DNA from: a phage
Direction: 5' to 3' (one strand)
NCBI GenBank assembly: GCA_017760785.1
Contig: GCA_017760785.1_4320.1
Length of the DNA: 46,166 nt
Shown here: piece by piece, positions 26,658 through 37,200 of the stretch
Layout of the letters: every line of letters starts with the position of its first letter
Position numbering within the stretch: position 1 is the first letter of the stretch
Notes under the pieces: generated by a model
Told to the model about the DNA's origin: nothing
The model's input: only the letters and a program-made list of their open reading frames with translations
The model's database searches: none
Position numbers and translations under genes: made by a program

Positions 26658-26700
26658 TAGCACTTTTTGATAAATCACTTATTCAACTTTGATGTATAGT
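26658..26700 (+). promoter_or_regulatory. motif-type promoter (TAGCACTTTTTGATAA, TATAGT)
   Basis: drives moron 26734-26982; CATCGAAACGAAA leader. Confidence 0.55.
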
Positions 26701-26733
26701 TAACTCATCGAAACGAAATGAGAGATTAAAGAA

Positions 26734-26982
26734 ATGAATAACGCTAAAAAAATCATCAAGCTCGCTGCGGTTCTGGTTGCTTTTTATGCGGTAGTTCAGA
26801 TTGTCAACCCAACTTGCGAGGCTGATGCAAACAGCAAGGCAAACAAATATAATTTTGAATTTGCTAAGGCTGAGCGAGCATGTCAGGATCTTGTAGGTGG
26901 TAAAGTTGACCAAATCATGAAATATGGCAAAGAGGTTTGTAAGGACTCGGCTGCTAAGATTGCAAAAGAAAACACTAAGTAA
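26734..26982 (+). CDS. small secreted protein (moron)
   Basis: N-terminal signal peptide; own motif promoter 26658-26700; between terminator and chaperone gene. Confidence 0.5.
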   Translation: MNNAKKIIKLAAVLVAFYAVVQIVNPTCEADANSKANKYNFEFAKAERACQDLVGGKVDQIMKYGKEVCKDSAAKIAKENTK

Positions 26983-27020
26983 TAGAATACATACTCACAA
27001 ACAATAAGAGGATTAACAAA

Positions 27021-27335
27021 ATGGCAAAGTTCAAACTTTCACTGGCGGCGATTCCTGATTTTAAGCTGCCTGTAAAATTCAAGCTGGCTAACGACCAGGA
27101 TGTAGAGGTTATCTTTACAGTCAAGCATAAGAAAACATCTGAGCTGCAGGAACTGCTTAGCAAGGAAGACTTGAGCACCAAAGAGCTTATTATGGCAATT
27201 GCTTCTGATTGGGATCTGGAAGAGGAGTACAACGAAGATAACGTTAATGAGTTCTCAGACCTTTTCCCAGCCTCAACCGTTGCACTGACTACCGCTTATA
27301 TGCAGGCTTTGGCGGGCCAGCGAGTAAAAAACTAA
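27021..27335 (+). CDS. tail assembly chaperone, lambda G-like
   Basis: 104-aa acidic ORF before tape measure; slippery site at 3' end. Confidence 0.65.
   Translation: MAKFKLSLAAIPDFKLPVKFKLANDQDVEVIFTVKHKKTSELQELLSKEDLSTKELIMAIASDWDLEEEYNEDNVNEFSDLFPASTVALTTAYMQALAGQRVKN
27326..27332 (+). promoter_or_regulatory. -1 programmed frameshift slippery heptamer A_AAA_AAC
   Basis: last codons of G ORF; -1 frame stays open to 27655. Confidence 0.6.
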
Positions 27336-27343
27336 AAAAGGCG

Positions 27344-27655
27344 GTGTATCTACAGTACCAGTCAGATCCAACAGATGCCGAACTGGAAGCTATTGGGATG
27401 CGCCGCTCTGATTACGAAGATGAAGAGCCTGAAGTTTTACACTTCGACGACAACATGATGAAGGCGTGGGACATTTATTGTTCAATGGCTACACAGTGGA
27501 GATTCGGAGCCAATGGAGCTACAGGCCTAGATTACAACGTGCTAAACTTCCTCTTTAGAGTGTATAATGTTTCTGAAGAAGAATTGGTGCTCAGCGATTT
27601 ACGCATCCTTGAAGCTAAGGCTCTCGAGATGATGGATAACCTGAGAAAAAAATAA
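27344..27655 (+). CDS. T-frame extension of G-T fusion chaperone (-1 frameshift from 27326-27332)
   Basis: -1 frame open from slippery heptamer A_AAA_AAC through 27655. Confidence 0.55.
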   Translation: MYLQYQSDPTDAELEAIGMRRSDYEDEEPEVLHFDDNMMKAWDIYCSMATQWRFGANGATGLDYNVLNFLFRVYNVSEEELVLSDLRILEAKALEMMDNLRKK

Positions 27656-27678
27656 CCCGCTTCGGCGGGTTTTCTATT
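27655..27678 (+). terminator. hairpin with U-tract before tape measure gene
   Basis: CCCGC-TTCG-GCGGG then TTTTCTATT. Confidence 0.55.
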
Positions 27679-27690
27679 ATGGAGGCTTAG

Positions 27691-30669
27691 ATGGCAACAA
27701 ATGAATTAGCCGGAATCACACTAGCCGTAGATGTATCGCAAGTAGACAGGGGTACACAATCCCTACAGAAGTTCAGGCAGGCAAACCAACAGGCTGCTTC
27801 TGGTATTAGTGAGTTCGTTAATGCCGAGCAGGTTGCTAAAAACCAGGCTAGAGATACAGCGCGCGCACTTGCTGAGCAAAAGGCATCTTTGGCTAAATTG
27901 CAAACTGCCATTGATCCAACTGCGGCAAAGTTCCGTAAACTCCAGGAGGCAGCGGTAGGTCTTGATAAGGCTTTCGCGGCTGGCGTAGTTCCTGATGAGG
28001 AGTTTTTCCGGTTAGGTGAGGCACTTGAAACGCAGAACGCAAAACTTGCTCGCTCACGTGCGGCGCTAACTGAAGAAGGAAGAGCGGCGGCACAGTCTGC
28101 TAAGGATAAGGCAAAAGCAAAGGCTGAAGCGGATAGATTCATTGCATCACTTGAGCGACAGGCTCAGGCTGCAACATTGACGCGTGAGGAGTACTTAAAG
28201 TTACAAGCGGCTCAGCTTGGCGTTAGTTCCCAGGCTGCACCCATCATTGACAGAATCGCCGACGCATCACAGAAGGCAAACACCCAGTTAATTGCTCAGA
28301 GTAAGGCTTTTCAGAAATCAGGATTAAGCGCGGGGCAATACAAGAACGCGATTTCTCAGCTGCCAGCGCAGATTACTGATATAGGTACCTCTCTCGCTGG
28401 TGGCATTCCGATTTGGCTTATTGCAATTCAGCAAGGTGGGCAAATTAAGGATGCTTTTGGTGGTATTGGTAACACCTTTAGATTCGCGCTTGCAGCCTTA
28501 AACCCATTCAATGTAGCTGTTGGTGTTTTGGGTGGGGTACTTGTAGCTCTTGGTGTTGGTGCGGCTCAGGCTGAAAGTGAATTCAGAGCATTAAACTCCG
28601 CAATTGCGTTCTCCAACAACTCTACAATCGCATCAATCTCGCAGGTTAGAGAGTTGGTTAGCTCTGTTTCTGATGCAACAGGTGCCACTAGGGGACTTGT
28701 GACTAGTATCGCAACAATCCTTATTGAGCAGGGGAATCTTACGCTAACGCAGATTGACAAGATTACCAAATCAACCGCCAGATGGGCGCAGCTTACCGGA
28801 AAGGATGCAAAGGAGATTACTGGTTACTATAACCAGATTGCAAGCGACCCAATCCAGGGTTTAGTTGATTTGGATAAGCGCTTTAACTTCCTCACGCAGG
28901 GGCAGTTGACGACAATCGAAAACCTGAGAAAGACAAAGGGAGATGTTGAGGCCGTTACCGCCGCAATTGACATTTTCAGCAAGTCGCAGGAAGCCAACCT
29001 TAACGACATAGCAGCGCAGTTAACTCCACTTGAGTTGGCATGGAATGATTTTAGGAAGTACATCTCTGATATCTGGGATGCAATTAGCCGCAGAACGGTA
29101 GGCGCTTTAAACTTGTTTGTTGATGTAATCGCCGGAACAATTGAGCAAATCAAGGTCTTCATTAACCAGGGCGACGTGCTGATTGGTGAATTTGTAGTTA
29201 GCGCAACCCGGGCATTGCAGAACATTCCTGGTCTTGATGGCGTTGGTGATGATGTTATCAAGGGTCAGCAAAAGATTATCGATGCGGCTAAGAAACAAAA
29301 CCTTGAGCTAGAAAAGTCTATCAGGGAGCGAGATTCAAGAATCAGGGAAGGAGAGCTTGGTTACATTACTCGCAGAGAAAATCAGAATACCAATGAGCAG
29401 TCAGGGACTGATGAGGAGTTCTCAAAAAGGAAGAAGGCACTTCAGGATGAGCTTGATGCGATCAAGAAGAACAGGAAAGAAGAAAATGGTAGAGTTAAGG
29501 AGCAAAGAGACCTTACAATTGGTTACGAATCTGGCGTGTTGGCGCTCCAGGCTCAGCTCAAGGTTATTCAGGAAAACAGGGATATCGGCGCAGTAATAAG
29601 CAATGAGCGCAAGCAGTACCTTCAGGAAGAGGCTAAATTCAGGATCCTTGAGCAAAGGCAAATTGATGGCTCAATTACCAAAGAGCAAGCAAGACTTCTC
29701 ATTGAAAAGGATAAAGTTCTTGAGTTAGCTAGACAGAAAGCTGAGCTAGGTGATCAGATTGTTTTGCAGGAGCGCGCCAATAAGCTGGCTGAAGATAACC
29801 GCAAGAAGATTCTTCAGATTAACAACGAAGCAAGTAACATAGATTTGGGTGCTGGCCTGTCTTCTCGGGAACAGCAAAGAGCTAAAGAGATTCAGGCTCT
29901 TCAGTCCAATCAGATTAATGCTGGTGGTTCTGTTGGTGATGTTGATTTTAAGCAGTTGCTGGAGGCAAGGAAGGAGTACTACAAGCAGGAGGATAATCTT
30001 AGGTCTGATTGGCAATCCGGTGTAACATCCACTCTCGCTGACTTGACTGAGAAGTACACTGACTACAACCAGATTGCTAAGGATTTAACTGTTGCAGCAT
30101 TCGACGGGATTACAGACCAGATCACGAATCTTGTGACCACTGGTGAGACTAATTTCAGAGATTTCACAGCAAGCATCCTCAAAATGATTGCGAAGATTGC
30201 AACTCAGTTACTTTTGGTTAAGGCTATAGAATCAACATTAACTAGTTTTGGTGGTGGAGGAGGTAACGCATTTGGCTCTTTTGCGTCTGCTATAGGTTTT
30301 GCTGGCGGTGGCTACACTGGTGATGGCGGCAAGTATCAGCCAGCAGGAACGGTTCATCGTGGAGAGTTTGTATTCACAAAGGAAGCAACAAGCCGAATTG
30401 GTGTTAAGAACCTATACGCACTAATGAAGGGTTATGCAAACGGCGGCGCTGTTGGTGGTCCATCTGGTTATGCAAATGGCGGCTTTGTTTCTGGTGGTAC
30501 AGATGTTAATGTTAGCGGCATCACCGTTAACGTTAATGGTGGCGTTGGTAGCGACCCAGAACAAGCCAAGGCACTGCAAAGCGGAGTCAAGGCAATCGTA
30601 GCGGAAGAGATTGCGCAGTCTTTCCAGCAGGGTGGAAGGGCTTATGCTTACTTGAGAGGTTTTAACTAA
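27691..30669 (+). CDS. tail tape measure protein
   Basis: 992 aa, coiled-coil rich, Gly-rich C-terminus. Confidence 0.85.
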   Translation: MATNELAGITLAVDVSQVDRGTQSLQKFRQANQQAASGISEFVNAEQVAKNQARDTARALAEQKASLAKLQTAIDPTAAKFRKLQEAAVGLDKAFAAGVVPDEEFFRLGEALETQNAKLARSRAALTEEGRAAAQSAKDKAKAKAEADRFIASLERQAQAATLTREEYLKLQAAQLGVSSQAAPIIDRIADASQKANTQLIAQSKAFQKSGLSAGQYKNAISQLPAQITDIGTSLAGGIPIWLIAIQQGGQIKDAFGGIGNTFRFALAALNPFNVAVGVLGGVLVALGVGAAQAESEFRALNSAIAFSNNSTIASISQVRELVSSVSDATGATRGLVTSIATILIEQGNLTLTQIDKITKSTARWAQLTGKDAKEITGYYNQIASDPIQGLVDLDKRFNFLTQGQLTTIENLRKTKGDVEAVTAAIDIFSKSQEANLNDIAAQLTPLELAWNDFRKYISDIWDAISRRTVGALNLFVDVIAGTIEQIKVFINQGDVLIGEFVVSATRALQNIPGLDGVGDDVIKGQQKIIDAAKKQNLELEKSIRERDSRIREGELGYITRRENQNTNEQSGTDEEFSKRKKALQDELDAIKKNRKEENGRVKEQRDLTIGYESGVLALQAQLKVIQENRDIGAVISNERKQYLQEEAKFRILEQRQIDGSITKEQARLLIEKDKVLELARQKAELGDQIVLQERANKLAEDNRKKILQINNEASNIDLGAGLSSREQQRAKEIQALQSNQINAGGSVGDVDFKQLLEARKEYYKQEDNLRSDWQSGVTSTLADLTEKYTDYNQIAKDLTVAAFDGITDQITNLVTTGETNFRDFTASILKMIAKIATQLLLVKAIESTLTSFGGGGGNAFGSFASAIGFAGGGYTGDGGKYQPAGTVHRGEFVFTKEATSRIGVKNLYALMKGYANGGAVGGPSGYANGGFVSGGTDVNVSGITVNVNGGVGSDPEQAKALQSGVKAIVAEEIAQSFQQGGRAYAYLRGFN

Positions 30670-30712
30670 TAGCACAAAATGGTAAAGCCAAAAGGATTTG
30701 GCTTGCTATAAT
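30670..30712 (+). promoter_or_regulatory. motif-like promoter (TAGCACAAAATGGTAA, TATAAT)
   Basis: immediately after tape-measure stop; drives HNH gene. Confidence 0.45.
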
Positions 30713-30740
30713 CAACTCATTAAAATCATGAGGTGATAAA

Positions 30741-31229
30741 ATGAACTGGAATGATATTTTTGATTATAGAGATGGCGTTCTTTATTGGAAGATAAAGCCA
30801 GGAAAGAACATGCTGCTTGGATCGAGGGCCGGAACAATTAGAAAGAATGGTTATCTTTCTGTTGGTTTTGACAGAAGTGAATTTTACATTCACAGGATAG
30901 TTTGGGAGATGCATAATGGCTCAATACCAGATCTAATGCAGATAGATCATATAGACCAGATAAGGACAAACAATAAGATTGAAAACTTGAGACTTGTAAC
31001 TAGCGCAGAAAATAACAGAAATCAAACAATGCAGTATAATAACACTAGCGGATACACTGGAGTTACATGGAGGAAGGATAGATGCAAATGGTCTGCAAGA
31101 ATCGAGTTTGAAGGCAAGGTTAGATATCTTGGTAACTTTTCAAAATTCGATGAAGCAGTGGCAGCAAGAAAATTAGCAGAGGATATGTTTGGATTTCACG
31201 AAAATCATGGCAAGAGGAAAATAAAATGA
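30741..31229 (+). CDS. HNH homing endonuclease with AP2-like domain
   Basis: N-terminal YWKIK, HID motif, C-terminal GYTGV...W AP2-like; own promoter. Confidence 0.75.
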   Translation: MNWNDIFDYRDGVLYWKIKPGKNMLLGSRAGTIRKNGYLSVGFDRSEFYIHRIVWEMHNGSIPDLMQIDHIDQIRTNNKIENLRLVTSAENNRNQTMQYNNTSGYTGVTWRKDRCKWSARIEFEGKVRYLGNFSKFDEAVAARKLAEDMFGFHENHGKRKIK

Positions 31230-31573
31230 TTGAAAGTTTTAATTGGTGCACACAGGTTCAAAATGGCGGAGGATCATTTACTAACTCTAGTAACGTAAGA
31301 ATTGTTTCATTCGGTAATAGTTATCGGCAAATTGGAGTCGGGGGGTATAACACAAACGTTAGAACATACTCAATGACCTACACAAACAAGGATTGGCGGG
31401 AGGTGATGGAGTTTTGTTTTAACCACATCATTACCCCATTCTTCTGGACTACGCCGCAAGGTGATACATCGATGTTTGTAATCCAGCAGGATAGCATTAG
31501 CGTAACTCCGCTCAGCAATGAAGTTCAGACTGTAAACATGCAATTCGTGGAAGTATTTAGCTCAATGCGTTAA
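31226..31573 (+). CDS. minor tail protein, lambda gpM-like
   Basis: 115 aa; position after tape measure. Confidence 0.65.
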   Translation: MIESFNWCTQVQNGGGSFTNSSNVRIVSFGNSYRQIGVGGYNTNVRTYSMTYTNKDWREVMEFCFNHIITPFFWTTPQGDTSMFVIQQDSISVTPLSNEVQTVNMQFVEVFSSMR

Positions 31574-31577
31574 ACTA

Positions 31578-31600
31578 AGCCCCTGTGAGGGGCTTTTTTA
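31578..31600 (+). terminator. rho-independent terminator after gpM-like gene
   Basis: AGCCCC-TGTGA-GGGGCT then TTTTTTATT. Confidence 0.7.
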
Positions 31601-31612
31601 TTGGAGAAATAT

Positions 31613-32368
31613 ATGTTAAGTCCAAAGTTTGAAAATCAGTTGCAAAGCCTTTTCCCAGGCGAGATTGTGACTCTAATTCAGGTTGACGGAACGTCGTTTG
31701 GTTCTCGCGTTTACAATTTCCACAATGAGAACATTTCATACACACCTGAAGAAATCATGCTAGCACAAATGAATGGCGAGCCACTACCAGAGAAAACCAT
31801 CACCTTCCGTGGTGAAGAGTACGGCCCAAGACCGTTCGGAATCTCTGGCATAAATATGACTTCTGACGGCAAAGCCAACAAAGTGACGCTAACAGTATCA
31901 AACGTAGACCAGCGAATTAGCGCATTGATTCGAACATACAACGGACTTGTTAAAGCTAAGGTTACCATCTGGATTACTACGCGAGATAACATCAATGAAG
32001 ACGGAAGCATTGCTGATGGGGATTATCGCAGATTCGTTTACTTCATTGAGCGGCCGAAGCAGGTTGATTATAAAACAGCGTCATTTGAGCTAAGCTCACC
32101 TATGGATATGGACGGCATTTATATTCCAGCGAGACTTGTTCAGTCTGTTTGCTATTTCGCCTCCAGGGGCTGGTATCGCAGCGGCAATGGCTGCACCTAT
32201 GCTGGAAATCGATACTTCGATAAAGATGATAACCAGGTAGATGACCCTTCATTAGACTTCTGTGCCGGAACGGTCAACAGTTGCAAGATTAGGTTTGGTG
32301 AGAATAATCAGTTAGATTTTGGCGGCTGTGCGGCAGCTAGCCTTCAGGCTAAAGCAAATCAATCATAG
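31613..32368 (+). CDS. minor tail protein, lambda gpL-like
   Basis: C-terminal Cys cluster; ATG 31613 with GGAGA SD. Confidence 0.7.
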   Translation: MLSPKFENQLQSLFPGEIVTLIQVDGTSFGSRVYNFHNENISYTPEEIMLAQMNGEPLPEKTITFRGEEYGPRPFGISGINMTSDGKANKVTLTVSNVDQRISALIRTYNGLVKAKVTIWITTRDNINEDGSIADGDYRRFVYFIERPKQVDYKTASFELSSPMDMDGIYIPARLVQSVCYFASRGWYRSGNGCTYAGNRYFDKDDNQVDDPSLDFCAGTVNSCKIRFGENNQLDFGGCAAASLQAKANQS

Positions 32369-32413
32369 CACTTTTTGTTAAGAGGACGGACCAGATTTGG
32401 GCTATTCTATAAT
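32366..32413 (+). promoter_or_regulatory. motif-like promoter (TAGCACTTTTTGTTAA, TATAAT, spacer +5)
   Basis: drives second HNH gene. Confidence 0.4.
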
Positions 32414-32436
32414 CTCTTAAATTTGGGGGTTAAAAT

Positions 32437-32919
32437 ATGAATTGTCATGATTACTTTAGGTATGAAGATGGTAAAATCTACTGGAAGATAAAACCAAAAA
32501 GAAAGCCTTTCCTTTTTGGTTGCGAAGCTGGTAGCGGTAATCCTGGTGAGTATAAGACCGTTAAGATTGATGGATACAGATACAGGTGTCACAGGGTAAT
32601 ATATGAGATGTTTAATGGCAGTATTAAAGATGGCATGGTTATTGATCACATAAATGGCCTGAAAGATGACAATCGAATTGAAAATCTAAGATGTGTAACT
32701 GTCTCAATTAACGCAAAGAATCAAAAAGTTAATGCTAAAAACAATTCTGGAATTAATGGTGTAAGACTTTACAAGAGGACTGGTAAGTGGATTGCTTACA
32801 GCAAGTCTTTCGGTAAGTGCGTTCATCTTGGATATTTTTATTCTATTGAATCCGCAATTGACGCGAGGGACTTATATAATTCAACAAATGGTTTCACAGA
32901 GAGGCATGGGAAATGTTAA
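32437..32919 (+). CDS. HNH homing endonuclease with AP2-like domain
   Basis: paralogue of 30741-31229; own promoter. Confidence 0.75.
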   Translation: MNCHDYFRYEDGKIYWKIKPKRKPFLFGCEAGSGNPGEYKTVKIDGYRYRCHRVIYEMFNGSIKDGMVIDHINGLKDDNRIENLRCVTVSINAKNQKVNAKNNSGINGVRLYKRTGKWIAYSKSFGKCVHLGYFYSIESAIDARDLYNSTNGFTERHGKC

Positions 32920-33671
32920 CACCAAAAGTTAAACTGGAAATCTTACAGCACGCAAAAGAGGTTTACCCGCATGAGTGTTGTGGGGTTGTCACGCAGAAAG
33001 GTCGCGCGCAGAAATACCACAGAATCAAGAACGCCAGCAAAGACCCAGAGAATGAATTCATCCTTGATTCAAATGAGTATTCTGATATTGCATTTGGATT
33101 ATCCGATAACGAGTCTATTGTTTACGTAGTTCACTCCCACACTGGTGATGGAGCGACAACAAGACCTAGCCCTGCGGATATCTGTAGTTGCAACGAGTGC
33201 GAGATTCCTTACGTTATCGTAAGCATACCAGAAGGAGACATGAGAATCCTTGAACCTTCAACCATGCCGCTGATTGGTCGACCGTGGGGTCTTGGTAGCT
33301 TTGATTGCTGGGAGTTAGTGATGAGTTTTCACAAGAAATACGGTGTCAAACTGAATGACTACCGCGTTAATTACCCTTGGTGGGAGAAACGGTACAATGA
33401 AAATATATATGATGACAATTGGATTAAGGAAGGTTTTCAGCTAGTAAAAACTTCGGATATTCCCATTGGATCAATGATTATGATGCAGGTGCAAAGTGAG
33501 GTGACAAACCACGCCGGAATCTACATTGGCAATAACAGATTCATCCACCATCTCTATGGTAAAATGAGTTCTATTGATATCTACTCCGATTACTGGCGTG
33601 AGCGCACAGTGCGAATCGTTCGCCATAAGGATTTACCAGAGGATGTAATTTATGACCCAGAAACTGATTGA
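32913..33671 (+). CDS. tail assembly protein, lambda gpK-like (MPN plus NlpC/P60)
   Basis: HxH...D metalloprotease-like motif then Cys/His NlpC-like region. Confidence 0.7.
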   Translation: MLTPKVKLEILQHAKEVYPHECCGVVTQKGRAQKYHRIKNASKDPENEFILDSNEYSDIAFGLSDNESIVYVVHSHTGDGATTRPSPADICSCNECEIPYVIVSIPEGDMRILEPSTMPLIGRPWGLGSFDCWELVMSFHKKYGVKLNDYRVNYPWWEKRYNENIYDDNWIKEGFQLVKTSDIPIGSMIMMQVQSEVTNHAGIYIGNNRFIHHLYGKMSSIDIYSDYWRERTVRIVRHKDLPEDVIYDPETD

Positions 33672-34224
33672 TATTAAGTTAGGCCTGTCTCTAGGTAGAA
33701 AGTTTGGCAAGATTTACCAAATGGCAGTAAGTAGCGTGCCCGAGGCAATGCGAGCGCTTTGCTCTCAGGTTCCAGCCTTCAAGGAGTTCATGAACAGTCA
33801 TGTTGGTCAAAACACAAGGTACGCAGTATTTGTCGATGGCAAGAATGTTAACGAACATAGAATTGCTGATTTTAGTGCCGTTCAGGAGATACGTATCCTC
33901 CCGATTCCACAAGGACGCAAGTCTGGCGGTTTGTTTCAGACGATTCTAGGTGCCGCGCTTATCACGGTTGGTATCTTCACTGGCCAGATTTATCTTGTTG
34001 GTGCTGGTGTTTCTCTGGCTGCTGGTGGTATTGCTCAGTTACTTTCACCGCAAGCAACTGGATTAAAGACCCAGAACAACCAAACAAGCAACCGCGCATC
34101 ATATGCATTCGGCTCCGCAGTAAACACGGTTGCCGCTGGATATCCAGTCTGCCTTCCATATGGTTACAGGACGGTTGGCGGCTCGGTATTTTCTGCCGGC
34201 TCGTATAGTGAAGACATTGCTTAA
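33652..34224 (+). CDS. tail assembly protein, lambda gpI-like
   Basis: 190 aa; Gly-rich hydrophobic C-terminal half; position. Confidence 0.6.
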   Translation: MTQKLIDIKLGLSLGRKFGKIYQMAVSSVPEAMRALCSQVPAFKEFMNSHVGQNTRYAVFVDGKNVNEHRIADFSAVQEIRILPIPQGRKSGGLFQTILGAALITVGIFTGQIYLVGAGVSLAAGGIAQLLSPQATGLKTQNNQTSNRASYAFGSAVNTVAAGYPVCLPYGYRTVGGSVFSAGSYSEDIA

Positions 34225-34231
34225 ATATCAT

Positions 34232-34255
34232 ACCCGCCTAGTGCGGGTTTTTTAT
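34232..34255 (+). terminator. rho-independent terminator after gpI-like gene
   Basis: CCCGC-CTAGT-GCGGG then TTTTTTATTT. Confidence 0.7.
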
Positions 34256-34265
34256 TTAGTGTAGA

Positions 34266-37200
34266 ATGGCACAGATGATCAAAACAAACATGGGGCTTTG
34301 TGATATGGCTGAAGAGATTAAGATTTATGGTGCCAAGGGTGGTAGCCAGAAGCAGCGTCAACCAGTGGAGCAGGAAGATAACCTAATTTCACTTAACAAG
34401 GTTAAGGTGTTGCTAGCTGTTGCTGATGGAGAGGTGGATCCAAACTTCTCAATGAAGGATTTATACCTTGCTGACGTTCCAGTGCAAAATCAGAATGGTA
34501 CCTACAACTACGAAGGTGTTCGCGCTGAGTTCCGTGCTGGTACGCAGTATCAGGACTACATCGCTGGCCTTGATGGTGCAAACTCAGAAATACAGGCTTC
34601 CAGAGAAATCACTAACGATACCCCGTATATCATCGCGGTTAATAATACTCAGCTATCAGCAATTCGTGTAAAGCTATATTGGCCTCGACTAGTTAAGCAA
34701 GAAAGCAATGGCGACCTGAACGGAACGACTTGCGAGTACGCAATTGACCTGTCTGTTAATGGCGGGGCATATCAGGAATACACTAGCGGAGTTGCTAACG
34801 GGAAGACAACTACAGGTTACGACCGCAGCATTCGCGTGAACCTTCCGGCAGAGTTCGATAGCGCCCTGGTTCGCATCCGTAAGATTACAGCAGATTCAAC
34901 AAGTAGCACCCTTGTTAACGGTATGCAGATTACAACCTATCAGGAAGTAATCGACGCTAAATTCCGCTACCCGCTTACGGCTCTTGTTTATGTTGAATTT
35001 GGCTCTGACCTTTTCCCTAACGGAATCCCGACAATCTCAATTAAAAAGAGATGGAAGTTGATTCAGGTACCGACAAACTACAATACGGAGACAAGAACTT
35101 ACAGCGGCACATGGAATGGCCTGTTCAAAATGGCGTGGTCAAACAACCCGGCATGGGTTCTTTATGACTTGGTTACAAACCGCCGTTACGGACTTGACCA
35201 GCGGGAACTAGGTGTAGAGATTGATAAATGGGGGCTGTACGAAGCTGCGCAATTCTGTGACCAGATGGTTCCTGATGGTAAGGGTGGAATGGAGCCGCGT
35301 TATCTTTGTGATATGGTAGTGCAAAACAAGGTTGAGGCTTACACGCTAATTCGTGATATCTGCTCAATATTCCGTGGCTTGACTTTCTATGATGGCGAAA
35401 AGATTGGTATCGTTGTTGATAAGCCACGCAATCCATCATACATCTTCACGAATGATAACATTGTAAACGGATTGTTCAGCCGCACCTTTGCCAGTGATAA
35501 GAGCCTTTACACCACAGCAAACGTTCAGTTTGATGATGTTGAGAACAACTATCAGCAGGATGTTGAGCCAGTTTTTGAACTCGAGGCTACTCGTCGATTT
35601 GGATTCAATCCTGTCGACCTCACGGCAATTGGATGTACGCGAAGAAGCGAAGCAAATAGACGCGGCAGATGGCTCCTGAAAACAAACCTGAGAAGCGAAA
35701 CTATTAGCTTCACTACCGGGTTAGAGGGCATGATTCCGATGATTGGCGAGGTTATTGCGGTCAATGATGCCGCATGGTCTAGCAACTATCAGCTAAACCT
35801 TTCCGGTCGTATTGAATCAGTTCAGGGATTGCAGGTTTTTACCCCATTTAAAGTTGACGCAGTGCCTGGTGACAGGATTCTTCTGAACAAGCCTGACGGA
35901 ATCCCAGAGGCGAGAACTATTGCAAGCGTTTCGGAAGATGGTAGAACTATCAACCTGAATACTGCATTTAGTTTTGTAGCTCAGCCTGATACTGTGTTCG
36001 CAATTGATAAGGATAATCTCGCGCTTCAACAGTATGTTGTGACAGGGATTCAAAAGGCAGATTCTGATGGTTCTGATTCATTTCAGTATACGATTACAGC
36101 GGTAGAGTATGACCCGAACAAGTATGACGAGATTGACTATGGCGTTAACATTGTTGATCGCCCGACTTCAATCGTTGAGCCTGACAGATTATCGCCACCA
36201 GAAAACCTAACCGTATCAAGCTATAGCAAGGTTGTTCAGGGCTTGTCAGTTGAGACGATGGTAATTGGTTGGGACAAGGCACCATACGCTAAAACCTACA
36301 ATGTTCAGTGGAGGAAAGAGAATGGTAACTGGATTAACGTACCCAGAACGGCAAGTACAGAGGTTGATATCGAAGGTATTTACGCAGGAATATATGACGT
36401 TAGGGTTCGCAGCGTATCAGATACTGAAAACGTGTCTGCCTGGTCTGGTGTTGTAACCAAAAGCCTAACCGGAAAAATTGGTAAGCCACCAAAGCTAAAG
36501 GTTATAACGGCAAGTGATGACGAAGTTTTCGGTATTAGAGTTAAGTGGGGCTTTGCTGATGGATCTGGTGATACTTCTTACACTGAGCTTCAGCAAGTAA
36601 CTGACAATGGTGACGGTACATACAACCCAGATAATGCTAGCCTATTAACTTTGGTCCCATACCCTCAGTATGAATACTGGCACGCGCCGATTCAACCAGG
36701 AAATGTTATCTGGTATCGCGCAAGGATTATAGATAGGATTGGTAATACATCTGATTGGACGGATTTCGTCAGAGGAATGAGTACTGATGATGCTCAGAAG
36801 ATCGCCGAATATATCAAGGTTGATATCGAGCAGTCTGAGGGCTTTAAATACCTAGAGCAGAATGCGATTAAGAAGAACCAGGAAATTCAGAATCAGGCAG
36901 AGTCAATTCTTGAGAACGCATTGGCAAATGATGGTGATGTTCGCAGGATGACAAAGGAGAATGGGAAGCGTAAGGCTGAATATGTTCAGGCAGTTAATCT
37001 TATAGCCGATGAAACTCAGGCGCGCGTAGAGGCTCTTACTCAGCTTAAAGCGCAGATTGATAATGAGATTGTTGGTCAGATTACAACAATTGAAACAGCG
37101 CTAGCTACAGAGACCGAGGCCAGAGCAACCGCAGATACGGCTTTGAGCGCAAGGCTTGGTCAGAACGAGGCAGCGCTAAACCAGAAGCTAGACGCATTCT

